A stretch of 64,000 nt of DNA, filler included, from Caldilineae bacterium (GTDB lineage: Bacteria; Chloroflexota; Anaerolineae; DTLA01): the NCBI GenBank assembly GCA_037446815.1. It is 6 parts of 6 records of this genome, joined end to end, with 100 filler letters (N's around TTAATTAATTAA, not from the genome) between each part and the next. Parts side by side here need not be neighbours in the genome. Positions count along the whole stretch, not along the records: positions 46,450 to 57,721 come from JBBIHX010000089.1; positions 57,822 to 64,000 come from JBBIHX010000167.1; 4 more parts are not named here. The stretch is one strand, 5' to 3'. Positions 52,709 through 62,852 of the stretch are shown piece by piece (positions within the stretch are counted from its first letter, which is position 1; every line of letters starts with the position of its first letter). The notes below the pieces were generated by a model that was not told the DNA's origin, ran no database searches, and saw only the letters and a program-made list of their open reading frames with translations. Made by a program: the position numbers and the translations under genes.

Positions 52709-53494
52709 CTACCGGAACCAGGTAGCGAGGTAGTACACGGCGGGGACGACGAACAGCAGGCTATCCAATCGGTCTAGCATGCCGCCGTGGCCGGGGATGA
52801 GGTTGCCCGAATCCTTGACGCCGACCTGCCGCTTCATCATGGAGATGCTGAGGTCGCCGAACGGCGCGAGCACCGCGACGGCCAGGCCGATGAGCAGCCC
52901 CTGCGGGAGGGTCAACCCCACCAGACGCCCCAAGAGAGCGCCGGCAATCTCGGCCGTGAGCCATCCGCCGAAGACGCCCTCCCATGTCTTCTTCGGGCTG
53001 AGACGCGGCGCGAGTTTGTGCCGTCCGAACCACGTGCCGACGAAATAGGCCCCGCTGTCGCTGACCCACGTGCTGACCAGCGCGATGGCGATCCAGGCCA
53101 AGCCGTTGTCCAGGGCGCGGATGCGGAGGAAGTGCCCGCCCATCCAGCCCAGGTACAGGCCCATGGCCAGCGCCAGCGCCCAGTCGGCGGTCGGCGTCGT
53201 GCGCCCGGGCAGCAGCAACTGCCATGACAGGGTGAGGATGAACAACGCCGTCAGCGCCAGCGGCAGGTACGCATCCCACTGCCCCTGCATCAGGATGAGC
53301 ACGGCGGCGAGGGCCAGGTAGAGCGACAGCGCCTCGGGCCGCAAGCCGCCCTTGCGCATCATGGCGCGGAACTCCCAGGCGGCCAGCGACAGAACCGCCG
53401 CCATCAGGGCGAACAGCCACAGGCCGCCTAGGTAAACGACGGCCGCTACAATGGGAAGCATGATTGCGGCGCTCAGTACCCGTGTTCGCAGCAC
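52709..53494 (-). CDS. cdsA: Phosphatidate cytidylyltransferase
   Basis: DSGAYF.G, SPKKTWEG and KR..GVKDSG.LIPGHGG.LDR.DS motifs. Confidence 0.95.
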   Translation of the reverse strand: MLRTRVLSAAIMLPIVAAVVYLGGLWLFALMAAVLSLAAWEFRAMMRKGGLRPEALSLYLALAAVLILMQGQWDAYLPLALTALFILTLSWQLLLPGRTTPTADWALALAMGLYLGWMGGHFLRIRALDNGLAWIAIALVSTWVSDSGAYFVGTWFGRHKLAPRLSPKKTWEGVFGGWLTAEIAGALLGRLVGLTLPQGLLIGLAVAVLAPFGDLSISMMKRQVGVKDSGNLIPGHGGMLDRLDSLLFVVPAVYYLATWFR

Positions 53495-53509
53495 AGTTAC
53501 GCTCCTCTG

Positions 53510-54271
53510 TCAGGCCGACGGGCCTTCGGCCGGTTTGCCGGGCGATGGGACGCGGCCGAATTTGCGCTCGCGCCTGGCGTACTCGGCGAGGGCCTTGTAC
53601 AGTTCGGCCTCGTCAAAGTCCGGCCAGAAGACGGGCGATGAATAATACTCGGCGTATGCCGCCTGCCAGATGAGGAAGTTGCTGAGCCGCATCTCGCCGG
53701 CGGTGCGGATGATGAGGTCGGGATCGGGCAGCCCGGCGGTGTACAAATACTGCTCAAACAGGGCGTCGGTAACCTGGTCGGGCCTCACTCCGTCCGCGAT
53801 CATGCGGCGGGCGGCGTCCACGATTTCGGCGCGCCCGCCGTAGTTGAAGGCGACGTTCAGGATAATCTTGGAGTTGTGGCGGGTGCGCTCCACGGCGCGC
53901 TGTATCTCGCGCAGGATGTCGGGCGAGATGCCCTCGGTCTTGCCGCTGTGGCGAATCTGCACGCCGTTGCGGTCCAGGTTGTCCAGTTCGTGGCGCACGT
54001 ACTGGGTGAGCAGGGTCATGAGGCCCTTGACTTCCTCTTCTGGGCGCGCCCAGTTCTCGGTGGAAAAGGCATAGACGGTCAGGACCTCTATGCCGAAGTC
54101 CACACACGCCTGCAGGATGCGCCGTAGGTTTTCAGTTCCGGCTCGGTGTCCGGCGAGCCGCGGAAGCCCCCTGGCCTGCGCCCAGCGCCCGTTGCCGTCC
54201 ATGATGATGGCCACGTGGCGCGGGATGCGGGAGAGGGGCGGCCATTTGGGATTGCTCACAGCAGCCCTCAC
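53510..54271 (-). CDS. uppS: Undecaprenyl diphosphate synthase
   Basis: [28 protein letters not shown] and RLSNFLIWQ motifs. Confidence 0.96.
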   Translation of the reverse strand: MRAAVSNPKWPPLSRIPRHVAIIMDGNGRWAQARGLPRLAGHRAGTENLRRILQACVDFGIEVLTVYAFSTENWARPEEEVKGLMTLLTQYVRHELDNLDRNGVQIRHSGKTEGISPDILREIQRAVERTRHNSKIILNVAFNYGGRAEIVDAARRMIADGVRPDQVTDALFEQYLYTAGLPDPDLIIRTAGEMRLSNFLIWQAAYAEYYSSPVFWPDFDEAELYKALAEYARRERKFGRVPSPGKPAEGPSA

Positions 54272-54361
54272 TCCGATAGCAAAACCGCAGACCGGCGCAG
54301 ACAGGCACGCGCGCGATGTGGCTTGCGGCGCAATCTGCGGCCAGAACTGCGGTTGGCAAAT

Positions 54362-54919
54362 CTAGACTTCAAGAATCTCGTTCTCTTTGTGCTTGCCGAT
54401 TTCATCGGCGCGCTGAATCATGCGGTCGGTGAGTTCCTGAATCTCCTCTTTGGCGCGGTACAGGTCGTCCTCGGAGATCAACTTCTCTTCTTCCAGTTCG
54501 CGCGCGGTCTCAATGGCGTCGCGGCGCAGGTTGCGGATGGCGACGCGCGCCTCTTCCACGCGCCTGGCGACCAGTTTCACCAACTCCCGCCGCCGCTCTT
54601 CCGTGAGGGGCGGGATGACCAGGCGGATGATCTTGCCGTCGTTCATCGGCGTTAGCCCCAGGTCCGACTTCAGGATGGCCTTTTCAATGGCGGTCAGCCC
54701 CGCTTGATCCCACGGGCGGATGGCGAGCAGGCGCGGCTCGGGAACGGCAATGCTGGCGAGTTGGTTCAGCGGCGTGGGGACGCCGTAGTAGTCCACCATC
54801 AGCCGCTCCACGAGCGCGGGCGACGCCCGGCCCGTGCGGATGCCGACCAGGTCAGACGAAAGGGCCTCCAGCGCCTTTTCCATGCGTTGTTCGGTTTCGG
54901 TTAGCAGTTCCTTGATCAT
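54362..54919 (-). CDS. frr: Ribosome recycling factor
   Basis: [21 protein letters not shown] and [11 protein letters not shown] motifs. Confidence 0.97.
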   Translation of the reverse strand: MIKELLTETEQRMEKALEALSSDLVGIRTGRASPALVERLMVDYYGVPTPLNQLASIAVPEPRLLAIRPWDQAGLTAIEKAILKSDLGLTPMNDGKIIRLVIPPLTEERRRELVKLVARRVEEARVAIRNLRRDAIETARELEEEKLISEDDLYRAKEEIQELTDRMIQRADEIGKHKENEILEV

Positions 54920-54959
54920 GGTGCACCTGCCCTAGCCGATTGGGGCGGCTACTCCCGTC

Positions 54960-55682
54960 CTAGTGGTAGATGAGCGTGCCGATGGGCTCGCCCAGCAGGA
55001 CTTTTTCCACGCTGTGCGGTTCCCACAGGTTGACGACGACGATGGGCATGTCATTGTCCATGCACAGGCTGATGGCCGTGCTGTCCAACACGCCCACGCG
55101 CAGGTTCAGGGCCTCAATGTAGGTCAGGCGCTCAAAGCGCTTGGCCTCGGGATGCTTCTTCGGGTCTGCATCGTAGACGGCGTCCACCTTGGTGGCCTTG
55201 ATGAGCACGTCGGCGTTGATTTCCACGGCGCGCAGGGCCGCGGCTGTGTCGGTGGTGAAGAACGGGTTGCCGGTGCCCGCGCCCATGATGACGACACGCC
55301 CCTTCTCCAGGTGGCGGATGGCGCGCAGGCGGATGTAAGGCTCGGCGACGGCGCGCATCTCTATGGCCGTCTGCACGCGGGTGTCCAGGCCCGCGCGCTC
55401 CAGCGCATCTTGCAACGCCAGGGCGTTCATGACCGTGGCCAGCATGCCCATGTGATCGGCGGTAGCGCGCTCCATGCCGTGGCTTATGCCATCAATGCCG
55501 CGCCAGATGTTGCCCGCGCCCAGGACAATGGCGACCTCGGCCCCGTGGGACTTGATGGTGGCGATCTTGGCGGCTAGGGTCTCCGCCGCTTCGGGGTCAA
55601 TGCCGTAGCCCTTCGGGCCCGCGAGCGCTTCCCCGCCGACTTTGAGCAGAATCCGCTTGTACTTTAGTTCTGGCATACTCAT
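54960..55682 (-). CDS. pyrH: UMP kinase
   Basis: [20 protein letters not shown] and [17 protein letters not shown] motifs. Confidence 0.97.
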   Translation of the reverse strand: MSMPELKYKRILLKVGGEALAGPKGYGIDPEAAETLAAKIATIKSHGAEVAIVLGAGNIWRGIDGISHGMERATADHMGMLATVMNALALQDALERAGLDTRVQTAIEMRAVAEPYIRLRAIRHLEKGRVVIMGAGTGNPFFTTDTAAALRAVEINADVLIKATKVDAVYDADPKKHPEAKRFERLTYIEALNLRVGVLDSTAISLCMDNDMPIVVVNLWEPHSVEKVLLGEPIGTLIYH

Positions 55683-55743
55683 CTCCACGGGCGCGTAGCC
55701 CGAAAAGAAGGGATGCAGCGCCGGCTGCATCCCTTGTCCCGAT

Positions 55744-56340
55744 TCACAGTTCCTCGCCCACCTCGTAGCGGATGAAGCGCCGGACCCGGGTGTTCTCGCC
55801 GACCTTCGCCGCCACCTGGGTTACCAGGTCTTGGACGGTCATCGTCTCATCTTTGATGAACGCCTGACGGAGCAGGCAGACCTCGTTGTAGAACTTGTCC
55901 AGTTTGCCCTGGACGATCTTCTCCACGACCTCGGCGGGCTTGTTGCCCTCAATCTCGCTCAAGGCTGCGCGGCGCTTCTCCTCCAGCACCTCCGCCGGGA
56001 TGTGTTCGGGCGACAGGTACTTGGGCGCCATGGCCACCACGTGCATGGCCAGGTCCTTGGCCAACTGCTGGAATTCGGCCGTGCGCGCCACGAAGTCGGT
56101 CTCGCAGTTCACCTCCACCAGGCCGGCGACGCGGCTCCCCGGGTGCACGTAGACGCCGATGACGCCTTCGGGGACTTCGCGGTCGGCGCGCTTGGCAGCG
56201 GCAGCCAACCCTTTCTCCTTGAGGTATGCGATGGCCTTCTGGAAATCGCCACCGTTGGTCTCCAGAGCCTTCTTGCAATCCAAAACCCCTGCGCCTGTCT
56301 GCTCGCGCAGTTCCTTAATCATTGTTGCCGTGATCTCCAT
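55744..56340 (-). CDS. tsf: Elongation factor Ts (short form)
   Basis: [18 protein letters not shown] and [10 protein letters not shown] motifs. Confidence 0.97.
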   Translation of the reverse strand: MEITATMIKELREQTGAGVLDCKKALETNGGDFQKAIAYLKEKGLAAAAKRADREVPEGVIGVYVHPGSRVAGLVEVNCETDFVARTAEFQQLAKDLAMHVVAMAPKYLSPEHIPAEVLEEKRRAALSEIEGNKPAEVVEKIVQGKLDKFYNEVCLLRQAFIKDETMTVQDLVTQVAAKVGENTRVRRFIRYEVGEEL

Positions 56341-56444
56341 GAGATGCTCCTTGCATTGATGTGCGTTGTCATGCGCCCGCGGCCTCGCGCCGTCGGCGCC
56401 CGTTGTGTTCCCGCGATGCGCGCGGAGAGATTCCGTGGCCGAGG

Positions 56445-57371
56445 CTAGTCTTCCTCGCCCTCGTCGCCCTCTACGTCTTCGGCCTCGTGCTCCTCAGTCT
56501 CCTCTTCATCCTCGGTCGCAAATAGGCCCGAACGCAGCTTGGCCAGCGTGGCCTCGCCGAGGTAACGCTCGTCGTCATCGTCGTATTCGTAGGCGTATTC
56601 CTCTTCTGCGGCCTCGCCCTCGGTCCGCGCCGCCTCTGCTGCCGCCTGGGCTTCGCGGGCGGCCTCTTCCTCGGCCTCCATGGTGCTCCGAATCGCCAGG
56701 CCCTCCAGCACCGCGTCGGCGATTTTAGACGTCATCAGGCGAATGGCGCGGATGGCGTCGTCGTTGGACGGGATGACGTAGTCCACCGGGTCCGGGTCGC
56801 AGTTGGTGTCCACCATGGCGATGACCGGGATGCCCAGGGTGCGCGCTTCTTTGATGCCGATTTCCTCGCGTTTGACATCCACGACGAACAGCAGGTCGGG
56901 CAGGCGCGTCAGTCGGCGAAGGCCGCCAAACCGAACGTGCAACTTGTCCAGTTCGCGCTGGTACAGCAGGATTTCCTTCTTGGTCAGGCGGTTGATGTCG
57001 CCGCTCTCAAAACGCCGCTCCAGGGCTTCCATGTAGTCAATGCGCTGGCGGATGGTGCGGAAGTTGGTCAGCGTGCCGCCCAGCCACCGCTGGTTGACGA
57101 ATGGCATGTTGCAGCGGGTCGCTTCTTCGGCGATGGTCTCCTGCGCCTGCTTCTTCGTCCCGACGAACAGGACGATGCCGCCGTTGCCCACAGTGTCGCG
57201 CGTAACGTTGTAGGCGGCTTCCAGCCTGGTCAGCGTCTGCTGCAGGTCAATGATGTGAATCCCGTTGCGCTCCGTGAAGATGAAGGGCTTCATCTTCGGG
57301 TTCCACCGCCGCCTGCGGTGCCCAAAGTGAACGCCCGCCTCCAGGAGTTCCTTCATTGAAACGATACCCAT
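56445..57371 (-). CDS. rpsB: 30S ribosomal protein S2
   Basis: [19 protein letters not shown] and [11 protein letters not shown] motifs; acidic tail. Confidence 0.98.
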   Translation of the reverse strand: MGIVSMKELLEAGVHFGHRRRRWNPKMKPFIFTERNGIHIIDLQQTLTRLEAAYNVTRDTVGNGGIVLFVGTKKQAQETIAEEATRCNMPFVNQRWLGGTLTNFRTIRQRIDYMEALERRFESGDINRLTKKEILLYQRELDKLHVRFGGLRRLTRLPDLLFVVDVKREEIGIKEARTLGIPVIAMVDTNCDPDPVDYVIPSNDDAIRAIRLMTSKIADAVLEGLAIRSTMEAEEEAAREAQAAAEAARTEGEAAEEEYAYEYDDDDERYLGEATLAKLRSGLFATEDEEETEEHEAEDVEGDEGEED

Positions 57372-57895
57372 ATTCCCTCCGTTTTTTCTTCCGCCTTCGT
57401 CGTCCCGCGAGGAGAACCGCCGAGGCCCATGGCCGGTCGTGCGGCACGGCTCCCGCAGTTGGAAGGCGTGCAAAATTATCGGATGCCCTCGGCATCCGAC
57501 TGCGTACTATACCACAAAGGGGCCTTTTCTCCAAATCCGGCGGCGCGGCGACACGGTCTCGGGCTTGCATCCGCGGATAACACGGATGGCACGGATGGGG
57601 GTTGGAGATTCCTCGGGCTTCGCCGCTCGGAATGACACAAGTGCCCCGTCGCCCGCCTGGGCGGGAGAGGGTTGGTGAGGGCCACGCTCCCTCGCCCTCC
57701 GGGAGAGGGCTGGGGTGAGGGNNNNNNNNNNNNNNNNNNNNNNNNNNNNNNNNNNNNNNNNNNNNTTAATTAATTAANNNNNNNNNNNNNNNNNNNNNNN
57801 NNNNNNNNNNNNNNNNNNNNNCGAACGCCCCCGTGGGTTTTGCCCGCGGTTGGCGGGTGTGCTAGAATATGAGGAAGCCAATCGCCTCTGGTGGC

Positions 57896-60058
57896 ATGAC
57901 TATGACGGTATCCGGTGTACTCAACCGCATCACAGCCTCGGTCTCGCAAGAAGACCGCGAACTGATAGAACGCGCCTACGCGGTGGCCGAGCGCGCCCAC
58001 GACGGCCAGACGCGGGCCTCGGGCGAGCCGTACATCGTGCACAGCCTCGCCGTGGCGCTGATGCTGGCCGATTTGCACCTGGATCCGAAGACCATCGCCG
58101 CGGGCCTCCTGCACGACGTGCCCGAGGACACGGCGGTAACCATTGACCAGGTGCGCGAGATGTTCGGCCCAGAAGTCGCCAGCCTGGTGGACGGCGTAAC
58201 AAAACTGAGCCAGATAGACCGCATGTCCGCCGAGGGCCGCGCCAGCATAGAGGAACAGCGCGCCGAGAGCCTGCGCAAGATGTTCCTCGCCATGGTGCAC
58301 GACGTGCGCGTGGTGCTCATCAAGTTGGCCGACCGCCTGCACAACATGCGCACATTAGGCGCGCTGCCCGAGGAAAAGCGCCGCCGCATCGCCCAGGAGA
58401 CGCTGGACATCTTCGCCCCCCTGGCCAACCGCCTCGGCTTCTGGCAACTGAAATGGGAACTGGAGGACCTGAGTTTCCGCTACCTGGACCCCGATATGTA
58501 CCACGAGATCGCCCAGCGCATCGCCGAGCGCCGTGGCGACCGCGAACGTCAGATTGCGCAAGTGGCATCCATCCTCAAGGAGCGCCTCCGCGAAGCCGGC
58601 ATTGACGCCGTCGTGGATGGCCGCCCCAAGCACATCTACAGCATCTACCGCAAGATGCAGCGCAAGGGGCTGGACTTTGACCAGATATACGACGTCCAGG
58701 GCGTGCGCGTCATCGTGGACACCGTTACCGACTGCTACGCCTCGCTGGGCGTGGTCCACAGCCTGTGGACGCCCATCCCAGGCGAGTTTGACGACTACAT
58801 CGCCACACCCAAGGACAACATGTACCAGTCGCTGCACACCGCCGTCGTCGGCCCCGACGGCAAGCCACTGGAGGTGCAAATCCGCACCCACGAGATGCAC
58901 CGCACGGCGGAGTACGGCATCGCCGCGCACTGGCGCTACAAAGAGGGCAGCAAGCAGCGCGACATCGCCTTTGAGAAGAAGATCGCCTGGCTGCGCTCCC
59001 TCATGGAGTGGCGGCAGGAGGTGGCTTCGGCCAGCGAATTCCTGGACTCAATGAAGACCGACGTGTTCCAGGATCGCGTGTACGTCTTCACGCCGAAGGG
59101 CGAGATCATAGACCTGCCGGCGGGCTCCACGCCCATTGACTTCGCCTATCATATCCACTCGGAAATCGGCGACCGCTGTCGCGGGGCGAAGGTGAACGGG
59201 CGGCTGGTGAGCCTGGACTACCAGTTGCGCACAGGCGACCAGGTGGAAATCATCACAGCCAAGCGGGGCGGCCCCAGCCGCGACTGGCTCAATCCGCACC
59301 TGGGATATGTCAAGACCTCGCGGGCCCAGCAGAAGATTCGCCAATGGTTCAAGAAGCAGGACCGGGCCGAGAACATCGCCCAGGGCCGCGCCATCGTGGA
59401 ACGCGAGTTGAAGCGGCTGGGCCTGGAAGACGTGAATCTGGAGCAGTTGGGGCGCGCGCTCCAATACGACAAGGTGGACGATTTCTTCGCCGCCGTGGGA
59501 TATGGCGATGTGAGCCTTCAGAACCTGACCACCAAGGCGCTGGAGATTGAGCGCGAAGCGGTCGCGGAACTGCCCCTGCCGCCCACTGCCCCTGCCCCGC
59601 CCACCATCTCCACATCAGAGGTTACCGTTACCGGCGTGGGCAACCTGCTGACCACGCTGGCCAAGTGTTGCAATCCGCTCCCCGGCGATGAGATCGTGGG
59701 CTACATCACGCGGGGGCGCGGCGTTACCATCCACCGCAAAGACTGCCCCAACATCCTGGCCCGCACCGACCGCGAGCGCCTGATTCAGGTAGACTGGGGC
59801 GTGGCCAAGCGGCAGACGTACCCCGTCAAGATTGAGGTGAGCGCCTACGACCGTGGCGGCCTTCTCCGCGACATCGCCGCCGTCGTGGCCGACGAGAAGG
59901 CCAGCATGAGCGCCGTCAACGCCCGCACCGACAAGCGCGACAACACCGCCATCTTCACCGCCACGCTGGAGATTGAGGACATTGACCAGTTGAGCCGCAT
60001 CCTGACGCGCATCTACCGCCTGCCCAACGTCCTGGAAGTGCGGCGGCAAACGCACTGA
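57896..60058 (+). CDS. rel: Bifunctional (p)ppGpp synthetase/hydrolase (Rel)
   Basis: HD hydrolase LLHDVPED, IKLADRLHNMRT, YQSLHT and EVQIRT motifs; TGS and ACT domains. Confidence 0.96.
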   Translation: MTMTVSGVLNRITASVSQEDRELIERAYAVAERAHDGQTRASGEPYIVHSLAVALMLADLHLDPKTIAAGLLHDVPEDTAVTIDQVREMFGPEVASLVDGVTKLSQIDRMSAEGRASIEEQRAESLRKMFLAMVHDVRVVLIKLADRLHNMRTLGALPEEKRRRIAQETLDIFAPLANRLGFWQLKWELEDLSFRYLDPDMYHEIAQRIAERRGDRERQIAQVASILKERLREAGIDAVVDGRPKHIYSIYRKMQRKGLDFDQIYDVQGVRVIVDTVTDCYASLGVVHSLWTPIPGEFDDYIATPKDNMYQSLHTAVVGPDGKPLEVQIRTHEMHRTAEYGIAAHWRYKEGSKQRDIAFEKKIAWLRSLMEWRQEVASASEFLDSMKTDVFQDRVYVFTPKGEIIDLPAGSTPIDFAYHIHSEIGDRCRGAKVNGRLVSLDYQLRTGDQVEIITAKRGGPSRDWLNPHLGYVKTSRAQQKIRQWFKKQDRAENIAQGRAIVERELKRLGLEDVNLEQLGRALQYDKVDDFFAAVGYGDVSLQNLTTKALEIEREAVAELPLPPTAPAPPTISTSEVTVTGVGNLLTTLAKCCNPLPGDEIVGYITRGRGVTIHRKDCPNILARTDRERLIQVDWGVAKRQTYPVKIEVSAYDRGGLLRDIAAVVADEKASMSAVNARTDKRDNTAIFTATLEIEDIDQLSRILTRIYRLPNVLEVRRQTH

Positions 60059-60175
60059 CGCCCGCGAAGATCGGCCCGCGGAGCCCGCGCCTGTACCCAT
60101 GGAACGCACAGGGGCGACCGTCGGGCCGCCCCTGTGATTCCCCTCGCATTGTTGGCCCGCGCGCGGGCCAGGCGT

Positions 60176-61372
60176 TTACGATGTCGTCTCGGCGATGCGC
60201 GGCTTCTTGTCCGAGGACCAGTAGCGCCGCACGCGGTCCGAGTACCGCTGGGTGTTCAGCCAATCCTGGAGCGCCGTGGACTTGCGCTGCTCCAGGGTCG
60301 CCTCGTCAACGGGATGGTTCGGGTCCTTCTCCAGCACCTCAAGGATGTGATACCCGAAGTCTGTCTTGACGGGGTCGCTAATCTTCCCGACTTCCAGCGA
60401 GAAGGCGGCATTCTCAAACTCGGTTACCATGACGCCCCTGCCGAACCAGCCCAGGTCGCCGCCGCTGTCCTTGTTGGTATCATCCTTGGACAACTCCTTG
60501 GCGAGCGCGGCGAAGTCCTCGCCCGCCTTCAGGCGCTCCACCACCTGCTTGGCCTCGTCTTCCGTCTCCACTAGGATGTGGCGGACGTGCACCTGCTCCT
60601 CGGTCGTCGGGACGCGCTCGGCCAGCACGGCCTGCAATTTGTCGCGCAGGAGTTGGGTCTCAAACAGCGCGCGGAACTCCTGCTCGGTGAAGCCAAACTC
60701 GTTCTGCACGTAGTCGCGCTGGCGCGTGTAGGCATTCTGGAACTCGGCCTCGGTCATGACCGTGGGCGTCGGCGCGGGTGTGGCGGTCTCGGTTACCGTC
60801 GCCGTCTCGGTAACAACGGCGGTCGGCGTCGGGGTCGGCGGGTTGCGCTCAAACCCGAACGCCTTCTCAATCTCGGCCTGCACCTCTTCGGGCGTTACGG
60901 TGATGCCCTCTTTCTTGGCCTCCTGCCGCACCAACTCGTCGTCAATCATGCTGTCCAGCACCGCCATGTCCAGGTTCATGAGTTGGCTCTTGAGTTGCTG
61001 AACCATCTGCTCGTAGTACTGGATGAAGATGGTGTCGGTGTCGTCCTTCTCGGCCTTGGCGTTGAGCCGATCCAGTTCGGTCTGGTATTGCGACAGGGAC
61101 GCGCTGGTATTGGCGTGCACGTAGCGCCAGTACTTCTGGTACAGCCGCGTGGAGATGGGCACGCCGTCCACCGTGGCGATGGGCGCGTTGGGCTTGACGA
61201 GGTATTCGTAGACCGCCCCGTAGATGAGCACGCCGACGACGAGCACGGCCACCAGGGTGAGGCCGATGATGGTATTGCGCTCCCGTCGCCGCACCCGCTG
61301 GCTCTTGGCGATCTGCTTCTTGGTGAGTTGTTTCGGTTCGGCGGGCTTGACCTGCTTTGCCCTCTTTGCCAT
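60176..61372 (-). CDS. Membrane-anchored parvulin-type peptidyl-prolyl isomerase (PrsA/SurA-like)
   Basis: TM segment, SurA-N region; VRHILV, FAALAKELS.D, GGDLGWF and FGYHIL motifs. Confidence 0.9.
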   Translation of the reverse strand: MAKRAKQVKPAEPKQLTKKQIAKSQRVRRRERNTIIGLTLVAVLVVGVLIYGAVYEYLVKPNAPIATVDGVPISTRLYQKYWRYVHANTSASLSQYQTELDRLNAKAEKDDTDTIFIQYYEQMVQQLKSQLMNLDMAVLDSMIDDELVRQEAKKEGITVTPEEVQAEIEKAFGFERNPPTPTPTAVVTETATVTETATPAPTPTVMTEAEFQNAYTRQRDYVQNEFGFTEQEFRALFETQLLRDKLQAVLAERVPTTEEQVHVRHILVETEDEAKQVVERLKAGEDFAALAKELSKDDTNKDSGGDLGWFGRGVMVTEFENAAFSLEVGKISDPVKTDFGYHILEVLEKDPNHPVDEATLEQRKSTALQDWLNTQRYSDRVRRYWSSDKKPRIAETTS

Positions 61373-61476
61373 GAGTGGCCTCCCAGGGAAGGGTTCGCGC
61401 GAACGGGCGAAGCGCCCGCCGGGTTGCGCCGGTCATCGGCCTGCGCAAGCCCCCGAGCGCTTCGCGTTGCGTGTCG

Positions 61477-61770
61477 TCATCGGAGATGTTCAGGGCTGAA
61501 CGGGATGAGCGCGAGATGCCGGGCGCGCTTGATTTCCCGTGCAACGACCCGCTGATGCCGTGCGCACGTTCCGGCGCGGCGGCGCGGCTTGATCTTGCCC
61601 CGCTCCGTCAGAAAGGCGCGGAGCGACTCCACGTCCTTGTACGTGATTCGCTTGGACGAATCGGCGCAGAACGGGCACGATGGGCCTCGCTTGCGCATGG
61701 GCTTGCGGGCGGTAAACTTCCGCCGCGGCTGTCTCTCTTCGGTCACGTTATTCTCCATTTCTTTGTTCAC
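61477..61770 (-). CDS. rpsR: 30S ribosomal protein S18 (Cys-containing, zinc-binding type)
   Basis: [25 protein letters not shown] and IKRAR.LAL.PF motifs. Confidence 0.95.
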   Translation of the reverse strand: MNKEMENNVTEERQPRRKFTARKPMRKRGPSCPFCADSSKRITYKDVESLRAFLTERGKIKPRRRAGTCARHQRVVAREIKRARHLALIPFSPEHLR

Positions 61771-61843
61771 CCCCTAGCGTGCAGGGATAGTGCGGAATGA
61801 CACACCAATGATATGCCTGAGATGGGCTGCACCCAGGGCGCGG

Positions 61844-62236
61844 TTACTCGCCGTCGCCGTAGAAGTCCTCCGGCGGGGCCTCAAAGCGTTCCACGGGGCC
61901 AGAGCGGTTGTCCAACATAATCATCTCCTTGGCGACTACCTCCACCATCGTCTGCTTCTGCCCCGCCTGGTCTTCCCATGTCCGGGTGCGCAGGTGGCCG
62001 TCTATGTAGATGCGGCTGCCCTTGACCAGGTGCTGCTTGCAGATTTCGGCGAGGGGTCCCCAAGCGACGATGTTGAACCACTCGGTGGCGTCGCGCCGTT
62101 CGCCATTGGATGTGATCCAGTTGCGGGTGCACGCCAAGGTAAACGTGGCGATAGGCTTGCCCGATGGCGTGTACCGCAAATCCGGATCGCGCCCCAAGTT
62201 CCCAATCAGAAGCACTTTGTTCAACCCGCGAGTCAT
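61844..62236 (-). CDS. ssb: Single-stranded DNA-binding protein
   Basis: LNKVLLIGNLGRDP.LRYT and TEWF.IVAW motifs; sits between rpsF and rpsR. Confidence 0.95.
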   Translation of the reverse strand: MTRGLNKVLLIGNLGRDPDLRYTPSGKPIATFTLACTRNWITSNGERRDATEWFNIVAWGPLAEICKQHLVKGSRIYIDGHLRTRTWEDQAGQKQTMVEVVAKEMIMLDNRSGPVERFEAPPEDFYGDGE

Positions 62237-62288
62237 ACGCTCACCCCTTGCTCAGTGCAGAACCCAGGCTAGTTTGTAAACTGCGATC

Positions 62289-62579
62289 CTACTCGTCTTT
62301 GCGGACAACCAGATGCCGGATGATGTCTTCGTTGAGGCGAAGGCTTCGGTCCAACTCGCCGAGGCCGTTGCCATCCATCTGGATGAGCATGAAGACGTAG
62401 TAGCCTTCGGCGAACCTGCGGATGGGATAAGCGAGGCGACGCCTTCCCCAGACATCAGTGCGGGTAACCTCGCCGCCGACGGCTTTGACATAGCCGGCAA
62501 CCTTGTCGGTTACGGCCGCAAAGCCTTCGTCATCCTTGTCGGGGCGGACCACGAAGGTCAACTCGTATTCGCGCATCAC
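62289..62579 (-). CDS. rpsF: 30S ribosomal protein S6
   Basis: REYELTFVVRP, WGRRRLAYPI and IIRHLVVR motifs. Confidence 0.96.
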   Translation of the reverse strand: MMREYELTFVVRPDKDDEGFAAVTDKVAGYVKAVGGEVTRTDVWGRRRLAYPIRRFAEGYYVFMLIQMDGNGLGELDRSLRLNEDIIRHLVVRKDE

Positions 62580-62586
62580 GGCAATT

Positions 62587-62637
62587 CCTCCTTTCCACGG
62601 GATTGCCCCAGGTCCATGCGCCTGGGGCGAAAAGGCA
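62587..62637 (-). promoter_or_regulatory. Probable S6:S18 ribosomal protein leader
   Basis: Minus strand CCTTTTC pairs with SD-overlapping GAAAGG; inner hairpin GCCCCAGG/CCTGGGGC; unpaired CCG just 5' of the SD. Confidence 0.65.
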
Positions 62638-62718
62638 AAAGCGCGGCCTGATGTTCGCCGCGCTTCCGGCGCGATGCCCTACTATACTACGATGGGCGGG
62701 TTTTGGCAAAAAATGGGC

Positions 62719-62838
62719 CAGCGGTCAGCGATCAGCAAACAGCGATCAGCCATCAGCCACCAAACGGGCAGCCCGGCCGGCGCCCGACATACCGCACCCA
62801 TACACCGCTGACGGCTGAACGCTGATGGCTGATTGCTG
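62719..62838. repeat. Inverted pair of heptamer arrays
   Basis: About six CAGCnnn units at 62719-62758 and about five GCTGnnn units at 62807-62838. Confidence 0.8.
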
Positions 62839-62852
62839 CCGGCCAACGGCTC

